64,000 bases of DNA, from positions 1,408,001 to 1,472,000 of the forward strand of contig OY843592.1 of the NCBI GenBank assembly GCA_963692865.2, given 5' to 3'. The number at the start of each line of letters is the position of its first letter. Position 1 is the first letter of the stretch. The DNA comes from a bacterium. GTDB lineage: Bacteria; UBA8248. Below, piece after piece: positions 24,835 to 34,461 of this stretch. The notes beneath the pieces were generated by a model, which saw only the letters and a program-made list of their open reading frames with translations, was not told the origin of the DNA and did no database searches. The position numbers and the translations under genes are program-made.

Positions 24835-25287
24835 TTATTTCTTCTTCTTTACATTGCCGAAAATAAAGTCGCCGATGAGTTTCTCGATGTCAACCGGTGG
24901 TTCCGTCTCGCGAATCCGCCCGCCCGGGGGGATGATTTTTTCCGACCCTCCCTGGCTGAGGCTCACGTATTTGTCGCCCAGGACCCCTTTCGTTCGAATC
25001 GAGGCGATGGAATCCCGGGAGAGTTCAATGCTCTCATCGATGCGGAGCGTAATTTTCGCATCCTCCCCGTCGAGGGAGATTCCGCTCACCCGCCCGACGC
25101 GCACGCCCGCCATTTCCACCGACGCGCCACTTCTCAAGCCTGTCGCAGTCGTGAAATTCGCCGAGACTTCATACGCGCCGTCATCAAGAATTTCCAGACC
25201 GCCGAGGTTAATGGAGAGATAGGCGAGCGCGAGGATTCCCGCCAGAACGAATACGCCGACGCCGAATTCCACGTTTTTTCGGTACAA
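24835..25287 (-). CDS. mlaD: MlaD MCE-domain protein
   Basis: EFGVGVFVLAG; GLRSGASVEMAGVRVGRV; GVLGDKYVSL; TTG start 25287. Confidence 0.93.
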   Translation of the reverse strand: MYRKNVEFGVGVFVLAGILALAYLSINLGGLEILDDGAYEVSANFTTATGLRSGASVEMAGVRVGRVSGISLDGEDAKITLRIDESIELSRDSIASIRTKGVLGDKYVSLSQGGSEKIIPPGGRIRETEPPVDIEKLIGDFIFGNVKKKK

Positions 25288-25301
25288 GGCTCGTCCCTTC
25301 T

Positions 25302-26090
25302 TCAAATGAGAATCGAGGTGAGAAAATAATCGCCCACGAGTATCAGGACGGAAGACAGCACCACGGCCGAGGTGGTCGCCTTGCCCACTCCCTCGGCCCC
25401 GTGGCCGCAATGATACCCCTTATAGCAGCAGACCCATGTGACGATGAGGCCGAAGACGATGGACTTCCATAAGCCCACTTCGATGTCGACCATCTCGATC
25501 TTGTCCTGCATCTCCCCGAAAAAAGTGCCGGAGCTCAGGCCCATCAGCTCCACGCCCACGAGATAGGCCCCGAAAATGCCGATGAGGTCGCAAAGCGCCG
25601 TGAGCAGGGGGAATACTATCACGCCTGCGAGCAGCCGGGGAGAGACGAGGCGCTGCAGGGGGTTCACGGCCATGCTCTTCAGGGCGTCCACCTGTTCGGT
25701 GATCCGCATGATGCCGATCTCGGCCGTCATGGCCGAACCCGCTCTCCCGGTGACGACGAGGGCGGTGAGCACGGGCCCGAGTTCGCGGATGAGGCTGAAG
25801 GCGACGGCGGGGCCCAGAAAGGCTTCTGAGCCGAATTTTCTGAAAGCGTAAATTCCCTGCAGCGCCAGCACCATCCCGGTGAACAGGCCGCTCAGCAAGA
25901 CGATGGAGAGCGAGCCCGTACCGATGATGTATATCTGGCGCATCAGGAGAGAGGGCCGCCAGGGCGGCGCGAAAATCCACCGCACGGATTCGAGCAGGAA
26001 GATCGCGGCGCTTCCCATGCCGGCGACGGTCTCCATCGCGCGCCGACCCAGCGTTCGGATGCCTTGCGTCACCATTGTAGCGGAACTCAT
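25302..26090 (-). CDS. mlaE: MlaE ABC permease
   Basis: RELGPVLTAL; GRAGSAMTAEIG; EQVDAL; GAEGVGKATT. Confidence 0.95.
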   Translation of the reverse strand: MSSATMVTQGIRTLGRRAMETVAGMGSAAIFLLESVRWIFAPPWRPSLLMRQIYIIGTGSLSIVLLSGLFTGMVLALQGIYAFRKFGSEAFLGPAVAFSLIRELGPVLTALVVTGRAGSAMTAEIGIMRITEQVDALKSMAVNPLQRLVSPRLLAGVIVFPLLTALCDLIGIFGAYLVGVELMGLSSGTFFGEMQDKIEMVDIEVGLWKSIVFGLIVTWVCCYKGYHCGHGAEGVGKATTSAVVLSSVLILVGDYFLTSILI

Positions 26091-26276
26091 GGGGCTTGCC
26101 TTCTATTCCTCATCATGAGCGAGTATAGTGATCTTAATCGATTGCGTGGTTGTTTCCACGAGCGGTTTCTCGCGATTCATGGGGCGGAGAAAATCGGTTC
26201 CTAGTGTATCGTTCCTGAAGGATGGAGATCAACGCTCATACGAGCGCCCATATTCTTCTAAGGGTTTGTTTTTTAT

Positions 26277-27101
26277 ATGAAAAATGCAGTAGTCGGCCCC
26301 TTGTCCAGATATATCGAGTATGGCGTGCGCAACCATATGGCGGATTTTGCGCAAATCACCCGCCTTTTCGTCATCATTTACGTGCCCGTATCCATGATGG
26401 CGCTCTCGGCGCATCCCTCGATCAAATCGCTTATCGACCCCGAAGCGAACCTCATGCTGCTCTTCCCCCTCATGATCGCTTCACAGTTGATTTTACGCGT
26501 ATTGCAGGTGTTCCTGTTTATCCTCCTGATCTTGCGGGTCGAATCCGAACGTGTGGGAGACGGGGCCGTTTGGGACATCGCCGAAGCGGTGAATCGCCTG
26601 AAATCCGTCGCCAAGGTGGATTTGGCGTATACCTTCGGCTTGCAGTTGCTGGGCGTCATCGGGTTTGCAGCGGCGCTGTTCATCTTCGGTTTTCTGTTCG
26701 GAGATTCGCCCATCGGTCTTCCGTTTGCCTTCGCCGTTACGGTTTTTCTCGTTCTCACGCCGGCGGTTCGGTATTATTTCTGCACCCTGACCGCGCTGCT
26801 GTATGGCGATGACTTCGCCCAGGCCTTCCGACGCGCCGGCGCGATATCGAGCGGGGGCGAGAGAACCGTCGTCGTCCTGGCGATGACCTATCTGCTGATC
26901 TGGTTCATACTCTGGCAAGTGATACAGGGGATTTTCGGCGGGGGTCTGTTGGGGCAGGTCCTGTTGCAGACGGGGGTGATGGTGACCTCGATCTCCTATT
27001 ATCTGGCGGGGTATCTGCTGTTCTCGGACCTTTGCGAGTCTGGGAGCGTAAGGCGGACGGATGAGGCGGAGCAAATCCCAGAAGATACGGGCGACGCGTA
27101 G
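26277..27101 (+). CDS. Hypothetical integral membrane protein
   Basis: About 6 hydrophobic segments; start may be 26337. Confidence 0.7.
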   Translation: MKNAVVGPLSRYIEYGVRNHMADFAQITRLFVIIYVPVSMMALSAHPSIKSLIDPEANLMLLFPLMIASQLILRVLQVFLFILLILRVESERVGDGAVWDIAEAVNRLKSVAKVDLAYTFGLQLLGVIGFAAALFIFGFLFGDSPIGLPFAFAVTVFLVLTPAVRYYFCTLTALLYGDDFAQAFRRAGAISSGGERTVVVLAMTYLLIWFILWQVIQGIFGGGLLGQVLLQTGVMVTSISYYLAGYLLFSDLCESGSVRRTDEAEQIPEDTGDA

Positions 27102-27109
27102 GGCGGCGT

Positions 27110-27892
27110 TTACAGGAAAACGTCGAAGTTCAGCCCGTCATACGCGAGCTCAACGCCGCCGGGCAGGTTCCGGTTCGTTTCGTGGTATTCGAGTTCGAAA
27201 TTGGTGTGGGTGAAATAAGTCTGCTCGGGCTCGAGCGCCTCGACGATTCTCAGCGCTTGGGCGACCGTGAAATGAGAGGGATGTTCCCGGTGGCGCAAGG
27301 CGTCCAGGATGAGGACGCGCACTCCTTTCAGGATTTCCATGGATTTTTCCGGGATCGCGTTGCAATCCGTCGCGTAAGCGAAGTCCCCCACCCGCAGGCC
27401 CATCACCATCATGCCGGCGTGTTCGAGTTCGAAGGGGATGACGTTCATGCCGGCCACACCGAAAGGGGAGTCTCGAATCTCCTCCAGCGTGAGTTGCGGC
27501 CTGAAGCCGCCGTAGTCCTTCGCGTCATTGAATATGTAGCTGAAATTCCTGCGTAGAATCTGCACCGTATTGGGATAGGCGTAACAGGGAATCGGCTTTC
27601 CCATCAGGAAGTTGAAGGCGCGCAAATCGTCGATGCCGTGGGTGTGGTCCGCGTGATAGTGGGTATAGACCACGGCGTCCACCCGGGTGATCTCGTGTCT
27701 GAGCGCCTGCTCGCGCAAGTCGGGACCCGTATCGACGAGCAGGTTTCGCCCGTTGTGCTCGATGATGATGCTCGGGCGCAGCCGCTTGTTCCTGGGGTCA
27801 TCCGAAAGACATGCGGCGGTAGCGCACCCGATGGAGGGAACGCCGGTGGAAGTGCCGCAGCCCAGAACGGTGACGCGAGCTTTCGAGTTCAT
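27110..27892 (-). CDS. MBL-fold metallohydrolase (PhnP/YycJ-like)
   Basis: LGCGTSTGVP; THYHADHTHGIDDLR; YATD. Confidence 0.92.
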   Translation of the reverse strand: MNSKARVTVLGCGTSTGVPSIGCATAACLSDDPRNKRLRPSIIIEHNGRNLLVDTGPDLREQALRHEITRVDAVVYTHYHADHTHGIDDLRAFNFLMGKPIPCYAYPNTVQILRRNFSYIFNDAKDYGGFRPQLTLEEIRDSPFGVAGMNVIPFELEHAGMMVMGLRVGDFAYATDCNAIPEKSMEILKGVRVLILDALRHREHPSHFTVAQALRIVEALEPEQTYFTHTNFELEYHETNRNLPGGVELAYDGLNFDVFL

Positions 27893-28923
27893 CTCACCGA
27901 ATCCGCCAGAACCCGAGCGGCGGTTTGCACGTCTTCCCTCGATACGTCCAGATGGGTGACGGCGCGGAGCATCTTCGCGTTCGGAACGGAGAAGGCGACC
28001 CCTTTTTCCATCATCGTTTCGTTGATCCGATGCGCCGTCTTGCCGGTTTCCGATACGTCGAGAAACACGAGGTTGGTGGGCGTGGTGTCATGGACGGGCC
28101 GAACACCCGGAACTCCGGCGGTGAGTTCGGAGAAAAGCTGGGCGTTGGCGTGATCGTCCGCCAGGCGCTCCACGTGGTTATCCAGAGCGTAGAGACCTGC
28201 GGCGGCGAGAACCCCCGCCTGGCGCCAGCCGCCGCCCCACATTTTCCAGTACCGGCGCGCCTCCTGGATGAACGCTTTCTCCCCGAGTAGAATCGAACCC
28301 ACCGGGCAGCCCAATCCCTTGGAGAAGCAAAAGCACATTGAATCGCAGCGCCTCGCCCATTCCTGCGGGGGGATGCCGGAGGCGACGATGGCGTTGAAGA
28401 TGCGGGCGCCGTCCATGTGAAGGGGGATGTTTTGCTCTTTTGAGAAGGCGCGCAACTCATCGAGTTGTTCGAGGGGGAACACGTGGCCCCCGCCCTGGTT
28501 GTGCGTGTTCTCCACCCAGAGCAGGGCGCTTGTGGGATATCCTCCCCTGGGGCGGAGCCATGCCTCGGCGTCTTCGCGGGCGAATGCCCCGCGTTTCGCC
28601 GCGATCAAGGCGAATTGAATTCCCGATAAGAATGGGCCTGCCCCCAGTTCGTTTCGAAAGGGATGGCAATGTGAATCGGCGATGATCTCATCGCCCGGGT
28701 TCGTGTGCACCTTGATGGCCAACTGATTGGCCAGCGAGCCCGATGAGACGAAAAGGCCTTCTTCCTTCCCGAACAGGGCGGCCGATTTTTCGATGAGTTT
28801 GTTGACGCTCGGGTCCTCTCTGAGCGTATCGTCGCCCACTGGAGCGGCGGCGATGACCTCTCGCATCGCCTGGGTGGGGCGCGTTGCGGTGTCGCTTCTC
28901 ATATCGATGAAATGACGGGACAA
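27889..28923 (-). CDS. ltaE: Low-specificity L-threonine aldolase
   Basis: DMRSDT; ENTHN; HMDGARIFNA; FSKGLG PLP lysine; TTG start 28923 avoids overlap with the M48 gene. Confidence 0.9.
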   Translation of the reverse strand: MSRHFIDMRSDTATRPTQAMREVIAAAPVGDDTLREDPSVNKLIEKSAALFGKEEGLFVSSGSLANQLAIKVHTNPGDEIIADSHCHPFRNELGAGPFLSGIQFALIAAKRGAFAREDAEAWLRPRGGYPTSALLWVENTHNQGGGHVFPLEQLDELRAFSKEQNIPLHMDGARIFNAIVASGIPPQEWARRCDSMCFCFSKGLGCPVGSILLGEKAFIQEARRYWKMWGGGWRQAGVLAAAGLYALDNHVERLADDHANAQLFSELTAGVPGVRPVHDTTPTNLVFLDVSETGKTAHRINETMMEKGVAFSVPNAKMLRAVTHLDVSREDVQTAARVLADSVR

Positions 28924-29080
28924 AGGAGAGACTCCCCGGTTGCCGGCCCCCGTCTCCGGGAGTCGGGTTTCAGGTACTCGTTTTGTTGAAATCCATTTGG
29001 TGGAGAATATATTTGCATAATCACAGGTGATTTGCCAGATTAACGCCCTGTGATTTTTTGCTTCTTCCGAATCCTCATTC

Positions 29081-30223
29081 ATGACCAGAGACCAAAACGA
29101 CATGCCGGATAGCGATGGGTTGCCCCTATTCGAGGACGAATTCATAAAGCGCGCGAGGGCGTATCAAATGCGGCGCCTGTCTGTGGGATTGGCGTCCTCA
29201 CTGCTGGAGTTTGGCGTCTTGTTGGCCTTCTCGTTCTGGTATCTGGGCGCAGGAGCCGGGATTTCGTCGCACGGTGCTTTCTGGAGCGGATTCATTGTTT
29301 TTTCCTTTATCGCACTCACAAAAACGCTGGTGTCTTTGCCCTTCGACTTCTACGGCGGTTACGTGCTCGCTCGCCGGGAAAATTTATCGAACCAGTCGCC
29401 GGCGGACTGGTTGTGGGACAGATGCAAAGGATTGGTTCTTCTCCTGCTTCTCGGAGGATCGGCCGGCGGTATTTTTTTGATGATCATGGTTCGGTGGCCT
29501 GTGTATTGGTGGTGGATTGCCGCGGTGGCTTCGGTCTTGCTGGTGATTTTCATCTCCCTTATCGCGCCCGTGTTGCTCGCGCCCATATTCTTCCGCTTCA
29601 AGCCTCTGGAGGATGAATGCCTCAAAGAGCGGCTCCTCGCCTTGCTGGAGAGAACGAAGGCGAGAGTATACGGCGGCGTGTGGGAGATGGATATGAGTTC
29701 CAAGAGCAAGGCTGCGAACGCCGCCCTGGTCGGCTGGGGGCCGTCGCGCCGGGTGGTTCTATCGGATACGCTGCTCGATTTCACGCCCGATGAGATCGAG
29801 GCGATTCTCGCCCATGAAATCGCGCATCACGTGGGCCGTCATATACCGGCCCTGATAGCGATGAAAAGCGCGATCTTGGTTTTCGGGATGTATCTCTCCC
29901 ACCATGCGCTGATATGGCCGGGCTCCGCTCTGGCGCAACCCGGAGAGCCTGCCTGCGTCGTGGTCTTGTGGATAGTCCTGAGTCTCCTGGGAGCGGTATT
30001 GTCTCCATTGGTTCTGGCGGTATCGCGTAACCTGGAGCATAGCTGCGATCGCTATTCCACCGAACACGCGCAGGCGCGGGGCGGTTTGTCTTCTGCCCTT
30101 ATCAAGTTATGCAGGCAAAACCTGACGGACCCTGATCCGCCCGGCTGGGTGGTCGTGCTCTTTCATTCCCACCCTTCGGTTTGCGACCGGTTGACCAGAA
30201 TCGAATCCTGGGAGAAGGCCTAG
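29081..30223 (+). CDS. M48 (Ste24-like) membrane metallopeptidase
   Basis: Multiple TM segments; LAHEIAH; SRNLE; HSHP. Confidence 0.9.
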   Translation: MTRDQNDMPDSDGLPLFEDEFIKRARAYQMRRLSVGLASSLLEFGVLLAFSFWYLGAGAGISSHGAFWSGFIVFSFIALTKTLVSLPFDFYGGYVLARRENLSNQSPADWLWDRCKGLVLLLLLGGSAGGIFLMIMVRWPVYWWWIAAVASVLLVIFISLIAPVLLAPIFFRFKPLEDECLKERLLALLERTKARVYGGVWEMDMSSKSKAANAALVGWGPSRRVVLSDTLLDFTPDEIEAILAHEIAHHVGRHIPALIAMKSAILVFGMYLSHHALIWPGSALAQPGEPACVVVLWIVLSLLGAVLSPLVLAVSRNLEHSCDRYSTEHAQARGGLSSALIKLCRQNLTDPDPPGWVVVLFHSHPSVCDRLTRIESWEKA

Positions 30224-30231
30224 GTAATCCA

Positions 30232-31089
30232 TCAGCGTATTTTGCGAATGAAGGGGATGACCCAATTCGCGATGTTGGGATGCGTGAGTGATTCGAACGG
30301 TCCTTGTTTCTCTATCCTTTGCAGTTCCGCTCTCCCGCCGCTTTCCTTGATCGCTTTCAGGAAGGATTCGGCATCGCTGAGCGGGTAGGGCGCTCCTTGG
30401 CTGTGGAGCAGCAGAGTCGGGGCCTTGGTCTTGCCCGCCACACGGATGGGAGAGCGCTCACGATAGGATTCCCGTGATTGAGCGGGCGCGCCGCCGAGCA
30501 GCGCGCGTATTCTGCTCTTCCGATTTTGGGATAAGAGCGGGTAGTTTTTCTGCAGGTCATAAAATCCGTTTTCAAGAACGAGGCCCGAAATGCTCGCGCT
30601 CCTGGTCGCCGCGAGGGCCGCCACCGAAGCCCCCTGTCCGATTCCGTAGACGAAAATACCGTTTTTCTCGACGCTCTCCCTGGTGCTCAAATATCGGACT
30701 GCGCCGAGTGCGGCATCCACGCTTTTGGGTCCTGCGAAATCCTCTGGTCCTGTGGATGCGCCGAAACCGGGCAGCGAAATGCTCATCAGGATGAAACCAT
30801 CACGCGCATGAGCCAGCATGGCGCGCCGGAACCTTTGGGCGCGGGCGTCCGCTCCATGGAGCAGGAGAATCGCCGGATAGCGTCTCTGAGGAGGAAACCC
30901 TCTTTCAGGTGGTTGGATGGCGTATGCCTCCACGCGGCCCCAGGGAAATTCCAGAAACCATTCCCGGATTACATCGCCGCGAGCGGTCTTTGTCTCTTGA
31001 TCCAAGACGCATCCCGTGAGTAAAAACGTCGAAACCAGGAGAAAGCAAACGCCGGGGAAGATGTTTTTCCAGTTTTTTTTCAATTTCAC
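30232..31089 (-). CDS. Lipoprotein alpha/beta hydrolase (S9-like); nucleophile motif reads GIGQG, so it may be inactive
   Basis: Lipobox LTGC; LLLHG; PGFGAS; RSPI; PTLLLH. Confidence 0.75.
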   Translation of the reverse strand: MKLKKNWKNIFPGVCFLLVSTFLLTGCVLDQETKTARGDVIREWFLEFPWGRVEAYAIQPPERGFPPQRRYPAILLLHGADARAQRFRRAMLAHARDGFILMSISLPGFGASTGPEDFAGPKSVDAALGAVRYLSTRESVEKNGIFVYGIGQGASVAALAATRSASISGLVLENGFYDLQKNYPLLSQNRKSRIRALLGGAPAQSRESYRERSPIRVAGKTKAPTLLLHSQGAPYPLSDAESFLKAIKESGGRAELQRIEKQGPFESLTHPNIANWVIPFIRKIR

Positions 31090-31220
31090 GGCGGGTCCTT
31101 TTCATCTCTGCGAATGGTTCTCATGAAAATTTATTCCGAGCGGGACTGCATGTAAGATATAAATAACATCATCTTAACATATTGATATGATAGAACTAGA
31201 CGCATCTGGAAAAAAGGGGG

Positions 31221-31249
31221 TTGCATTTTATGGATTTTCGTATTATATT
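31221..31249 (+). promoter_or_regulatory. Sigma70-type promoter for the 73-aa ORF
   Basis: TTGCAT-N17-TATATT in an AT-rich island. Confidence 0.55.
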
Positions 31250-31307
31250 CGTATTATTGGTGAATATAAAAATTCTCCATATAGCAACAATTTTTAACCT
31301 GATTTTA

Positions 31308-31354
31308 ACACAAAATGTAGTGCATTATTGCAGGGCAGGCACTATATATAGATT
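31308..31354. promoter_or_regulatory. Tandem NrdR-type boxes
   Basis: acaCAAAATGTAGtgc (31308) and gcaCTATATATAGatt (31339), 31 bp apart; match consensus acaCwAtATaTwGtg. Confidence 0.75.
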
Positions 31355-31406
31355 ATCAAGCTGCTCCCCTTCAGGTTAGAGGGGAAAGCGGAAAAGGAGG
31401 CCCGTC

Positions 31407-31628
31407 ATGGCGATGAGAACGCAAATACCCGGATACAGGACACATGGGACGAGCCGGACCTCGAAGCGCATTCACCAAGCCTGCATGCGGAATCTCGCCC
31501 TTTATTTACAAGGCCATATCTCTTATGAGGATTGGCAGACCCGACAAGAGGAGCTCGAATCGAGGCTTACGCCCGAGCCCGAGCTTCCCTTTGTGACGTG
31601 CGACCCCAAAACCCCCGAGGCCGCATGA
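31407..31628 (+). CDS. Hypothetical 73-aa protein
   Basis: AAGGAGG RBS; own promoter and operator; no family recognised. Confidence 0.7.
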   Translation: MAMRTQIPGYRTHGTSRTSKRIHQACMRNLALYLQGHISYEDWQTRQEELESRLTPEPELPFVTCDPKTPEAA

Positions 31629-32042
31629 TATATCCCTCGCCTGGGCGAAACGTCCCGGGCAAGCGCGTCGCTTCTCCCTGACGCGCTTACGCCGCTTTCT
31701 CCGCTCGGTCCTGCTCTGCAGCGGGGCATCGCCCGTAGGCGGCATGAGGGATGGGGAGAACCCGGAAATCAATCTCTCGCTCCATTTTGGCCCATGGATT
31801 GCCGAACCCACAGAGGGAAACCACGCTTTCGTCGTATGGGTGGCGTGGCGTAAAAGATTGTAAATCTTTATTTTTACCCCTTGCGCTTATTGGGAGTATC
31901 TGCTACGGTTTGGCGTCTTTTCCCACAATAGGTGTGGGTAAAAGGTTTGTGGGTATGCAGGACGAATGAAGATTCCCTTCCAAAGAGACGCTCCATTCAT
32001 CATTACATCCCCTCAGTTCAATTTCTTTTTTTGAGGAAACGT

Positions 32043-32246
32043 ATGTCGACAGGAACAGTGAAGTGGTTCAACGATGCGAAAGGTTATGGTTTCATCACGC
32101 CCGAGGACGGTGGTGAGGATTTGTTCGTCCACCACACGGCCATCCAGGCGGAAGGATTCAAATCCTTGAGCGAGGACGATCAGGTTTCGTTCGAAGTCGC
32201 CCAGGGTCCCAAGGGGCTCCAGGCGCAAAACGTCGTCAAGCTCTAA
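32043..32246 (+). CDS. cspA: Cold-shock protein (CspA family)
   Basis: [15 protein letters not shown]; DLFVHH; GPKGLQA. Confidence 0.95.
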   Translation: MSTGTVKWFNDAKGYGFITPEDGGEDLFVHHTAIQAEGFKSLSEDDQVSFEVAQGPKGLQAQNVVKL

Positions 32247-32265
32247 AGCATCACCGGCGTTTCAG

Positions 32266-32300
32266 AAAAGCGGCGGCTGGTTTCCGGCCGCCGCTTTTTT
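32266..32300 (+). terminator. Intrinsic terminator after the csp gene
   Basis: AAAAGCGGCGGCTGG-TTT-CCGGCCGCCGC-TTTTTT. Confidence 0.85.
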
Positions 32301-32375
32301 CCGTCTCAGGCTTTCCCATCTTCTCACTCCCAATGTAATCTGCGCCTCAGATTTTCTCAAGACGAGGGTTTTTCG

Positions 32376-34415
32376 ATGAAGCGCCCTGCGCTCGATCAGA
32401 GAAGAAACGTCGGTATCATTTCCCACATCGACGCCGGGAAGACGACGACAACCGAGCGAATACTATTCTACTCGGGAGCCGTACACCGGATTGGCGAAGT
32501 GGACGATGGTTCGGCCACCATGGATTGGATGAGTCAGGAGCGCGAGCGCGGCATCACCATCACCTCGGCGGCCATCACCACTACGTGGGCGGACCATGAG
32601 ATCACGATCATCGACACCCCCGGCCACGTTGATTTCACGATCGAGGTCGAGAGGAGCCTGCGGGTGCTCGATGGCGCTATCGCAATTTGCAGTGCTGTGG
32701 AAGGCGTCGAACCGCAGAGCGAGACCGTTTGGCGTCAGGCGGACAAGTTCGGCGTGCCCCGCCTCGCCTTCATCAACAAGCTGGATCGCATAGGTGCGGA
32801 TTTCGAGAGAACCATCGAAATGATGGTCGAAAAATTGGGGGCCAGGCCTGTGCTCATGCATTGGCCCGACGGAGAGGGTGAGGATTATACGGGTCAGGTC
32901 GAAGCGATGAGCGGTGATTTCCTCACATGGGAGGGGGGAGAACCCCACCGGCGTGAACTCCCGGAGACGCTTAAGGAAAAAGCCGTCGAATTGAGGGAAT
33001 CTCTCATCGAGGCGGTGGCGGATTACGACGAGTCCGTGATGGAAGCGTATTTGGAAGGAAGCGCCATCGACGCGGAAACGCTCAAGGCGGGCTTGCGGCG
33101 CGCCGTGCTCGCGGGAGAACTCGTGCCCGTATTTTGCGGTTCCTCCCTGAAGAACAAAGGAGTACAACCCCTGCTGGACGCCGTGGTGGATTATCTGCCT
33201 TCTCCGGTGGATACGCCGCCCGCGGTCGGCTTCGCTCCGGGCGAGAACGAACCTCTCACGCGCCCGCCTGCCGAGGATGCGCCTTTCTCCGCCCTGGTCT
33301 TCAAGGTGCAGATCGATGAGGGCAGACGTCTCACCTACCTGCGGGTGTATAGCGGCGCCGCCAGGGTGGGCGAGAGTCTGTGGAACCCCGCAAGAGAAAG
33401 CAGCGAACGCTTCGCCCGGCTTTTCAGGATGTATTCCCACAAGCGCGAGCGCATCGACGCCGTGGGGCCGGGCGATATCGTCGCTGCGGCCGGTCTCAAA
33501 GAGGCTGCGACGGGTGACACCCTTTGCGCACAGGCTGAATCGATAGCCTTCGAGTCGATTCTCGCGCCCCAGCCCGTGATCTCGGTGGCGATCGAACCCA
33601 GGGACGCCACTGGAACCAAGAAACTGAGCGAGACCCTGGCGAAGCTCCAGGCGGAGGATCCGACGTTTCAGGTGCGTGTGGATTCCGAATCCGGGCAGAC
33701 GGTGATGAGCGGCATGGGCGAACTCCACCTGGAGGTGCTCACGCGCCGGATGGATGAGGATTTCGGCCTGGACGTCCGCGTCGGCGCGCCTCGCGTGGTG
33801 TACCGGGAGACGATCGCGAAAGAAGCCGACGCCGAGTTTACCTTCGATAGGGAACTTGCGGGCGAGCCCCAGTTCGCGCGGGTGCGCGTAGGCGTGGCGC
33901 CCAGACCCGGCGGTGGCGTCTCCTGTGGGAGCGCGGTGGATGACACGGTTGTTTCTGACAATCTAATTGCCGCTGCGCTGGAATCGCTCAGAGCCTCCAC
34001 ATCGAGCGGCGCCATGGCGGGCTATGAGATGACCGACCTGAGCGTCACCTTGCTTGAGGCGGGCTATCACTCAGAGCGTTCCACCGAGGCCGCCTTTTCC
34101 ATCGCGGCGGCGAACGCGTTCACGGAAGCATGCCGCGCAGCCGGCGGGCAGCTTCTGGAACCCGTCATGTCGGTGGAGGTCGTGGCGCCCGGTGAATTTC
34201 TGGGCGCGATCATCGGCGACATCAACGCGCGGGACGGAAAAATGTCCGGCGTGGAAGAACGCGGCGGCGCTTCGCCCGTGAGCGTCGTGCGCGCCTCGGT
34301 GCCGCTCGCCAGGGTGTTCGGCTACGCCACCTCCCTGCGCTCCGCCACCCAGGGCCGCGCCACGCACACCATGCGCTTCTCCCACTACGCTCCCTGCGAA
34401 ATGGCGGGGGTGTAG
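32376..34415 (+). CDS. fusA: Elongation factor G paralogue (outside the str operon)
   Basis: HIDAGKTT; RGITI; DTPGH; NKLD; GMGELHLE; divergent domain IV. Confidence 0.92.
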   Translation: MKRPALDQRRNVGIISHIDAGKTTTTERILFYSGAVHRIGEVDDGSATMDWMSQERERGITITSAAITTTWADHEITIIDTPGHVDFTIEVERSLRVLDGAIAICSAVEGVEPQSETVWRQADKFGVPRLAFINKLDRIGADFERTIEMMVEKLGARPVLMHWPDGEGEDYTGQVEAMSGDFLTWEGGEPHRRELPETLKEKAVELRESLIEAVADYDESVMEAYLEGSAIDAETLKAGLRRAVLAGELVPVFCGSSLKNKGVQPLLDAVVDYLPSPVDTPPAVGFAPGENEPLTRPPAEDAPFSALVFKVQIDEGRRLTYLRVYSGAARVGESLWNPARESSERFARLFRMYSHKRERIDAVGPGDIVAAAGLKEAATGDTLCAQAESIAFESILAPQPVISVAIEPRDATGTKKLSETLAKLQAEDPTFQVRVDSESGQTVMSGMGELHLEVLTRRMDEDFGLDVRVGAPRVVYRETIAKEADAEFTFDRELAGEPQFARVRVGVAPRPGGGVSCGSAVDDTVVSDNLIAAALESLRASTSSGAMAGYEMTDLSVTLLEAGYHSERSTEAAFSIAAANAFTEACRAAGGQLLEPVMSVEVVAPGEFLGAIIGDINARDGKMSGVEERGGASPVSVVRASVPLARVFGYATSLRSATQGRATHTMRFSHYAPCEMAGV

Positions 34416-34461
34416 ATTTTTCTCCTCCAGGTTTTGGTTTCTGGTCAAAAGGCGTGTCTGA

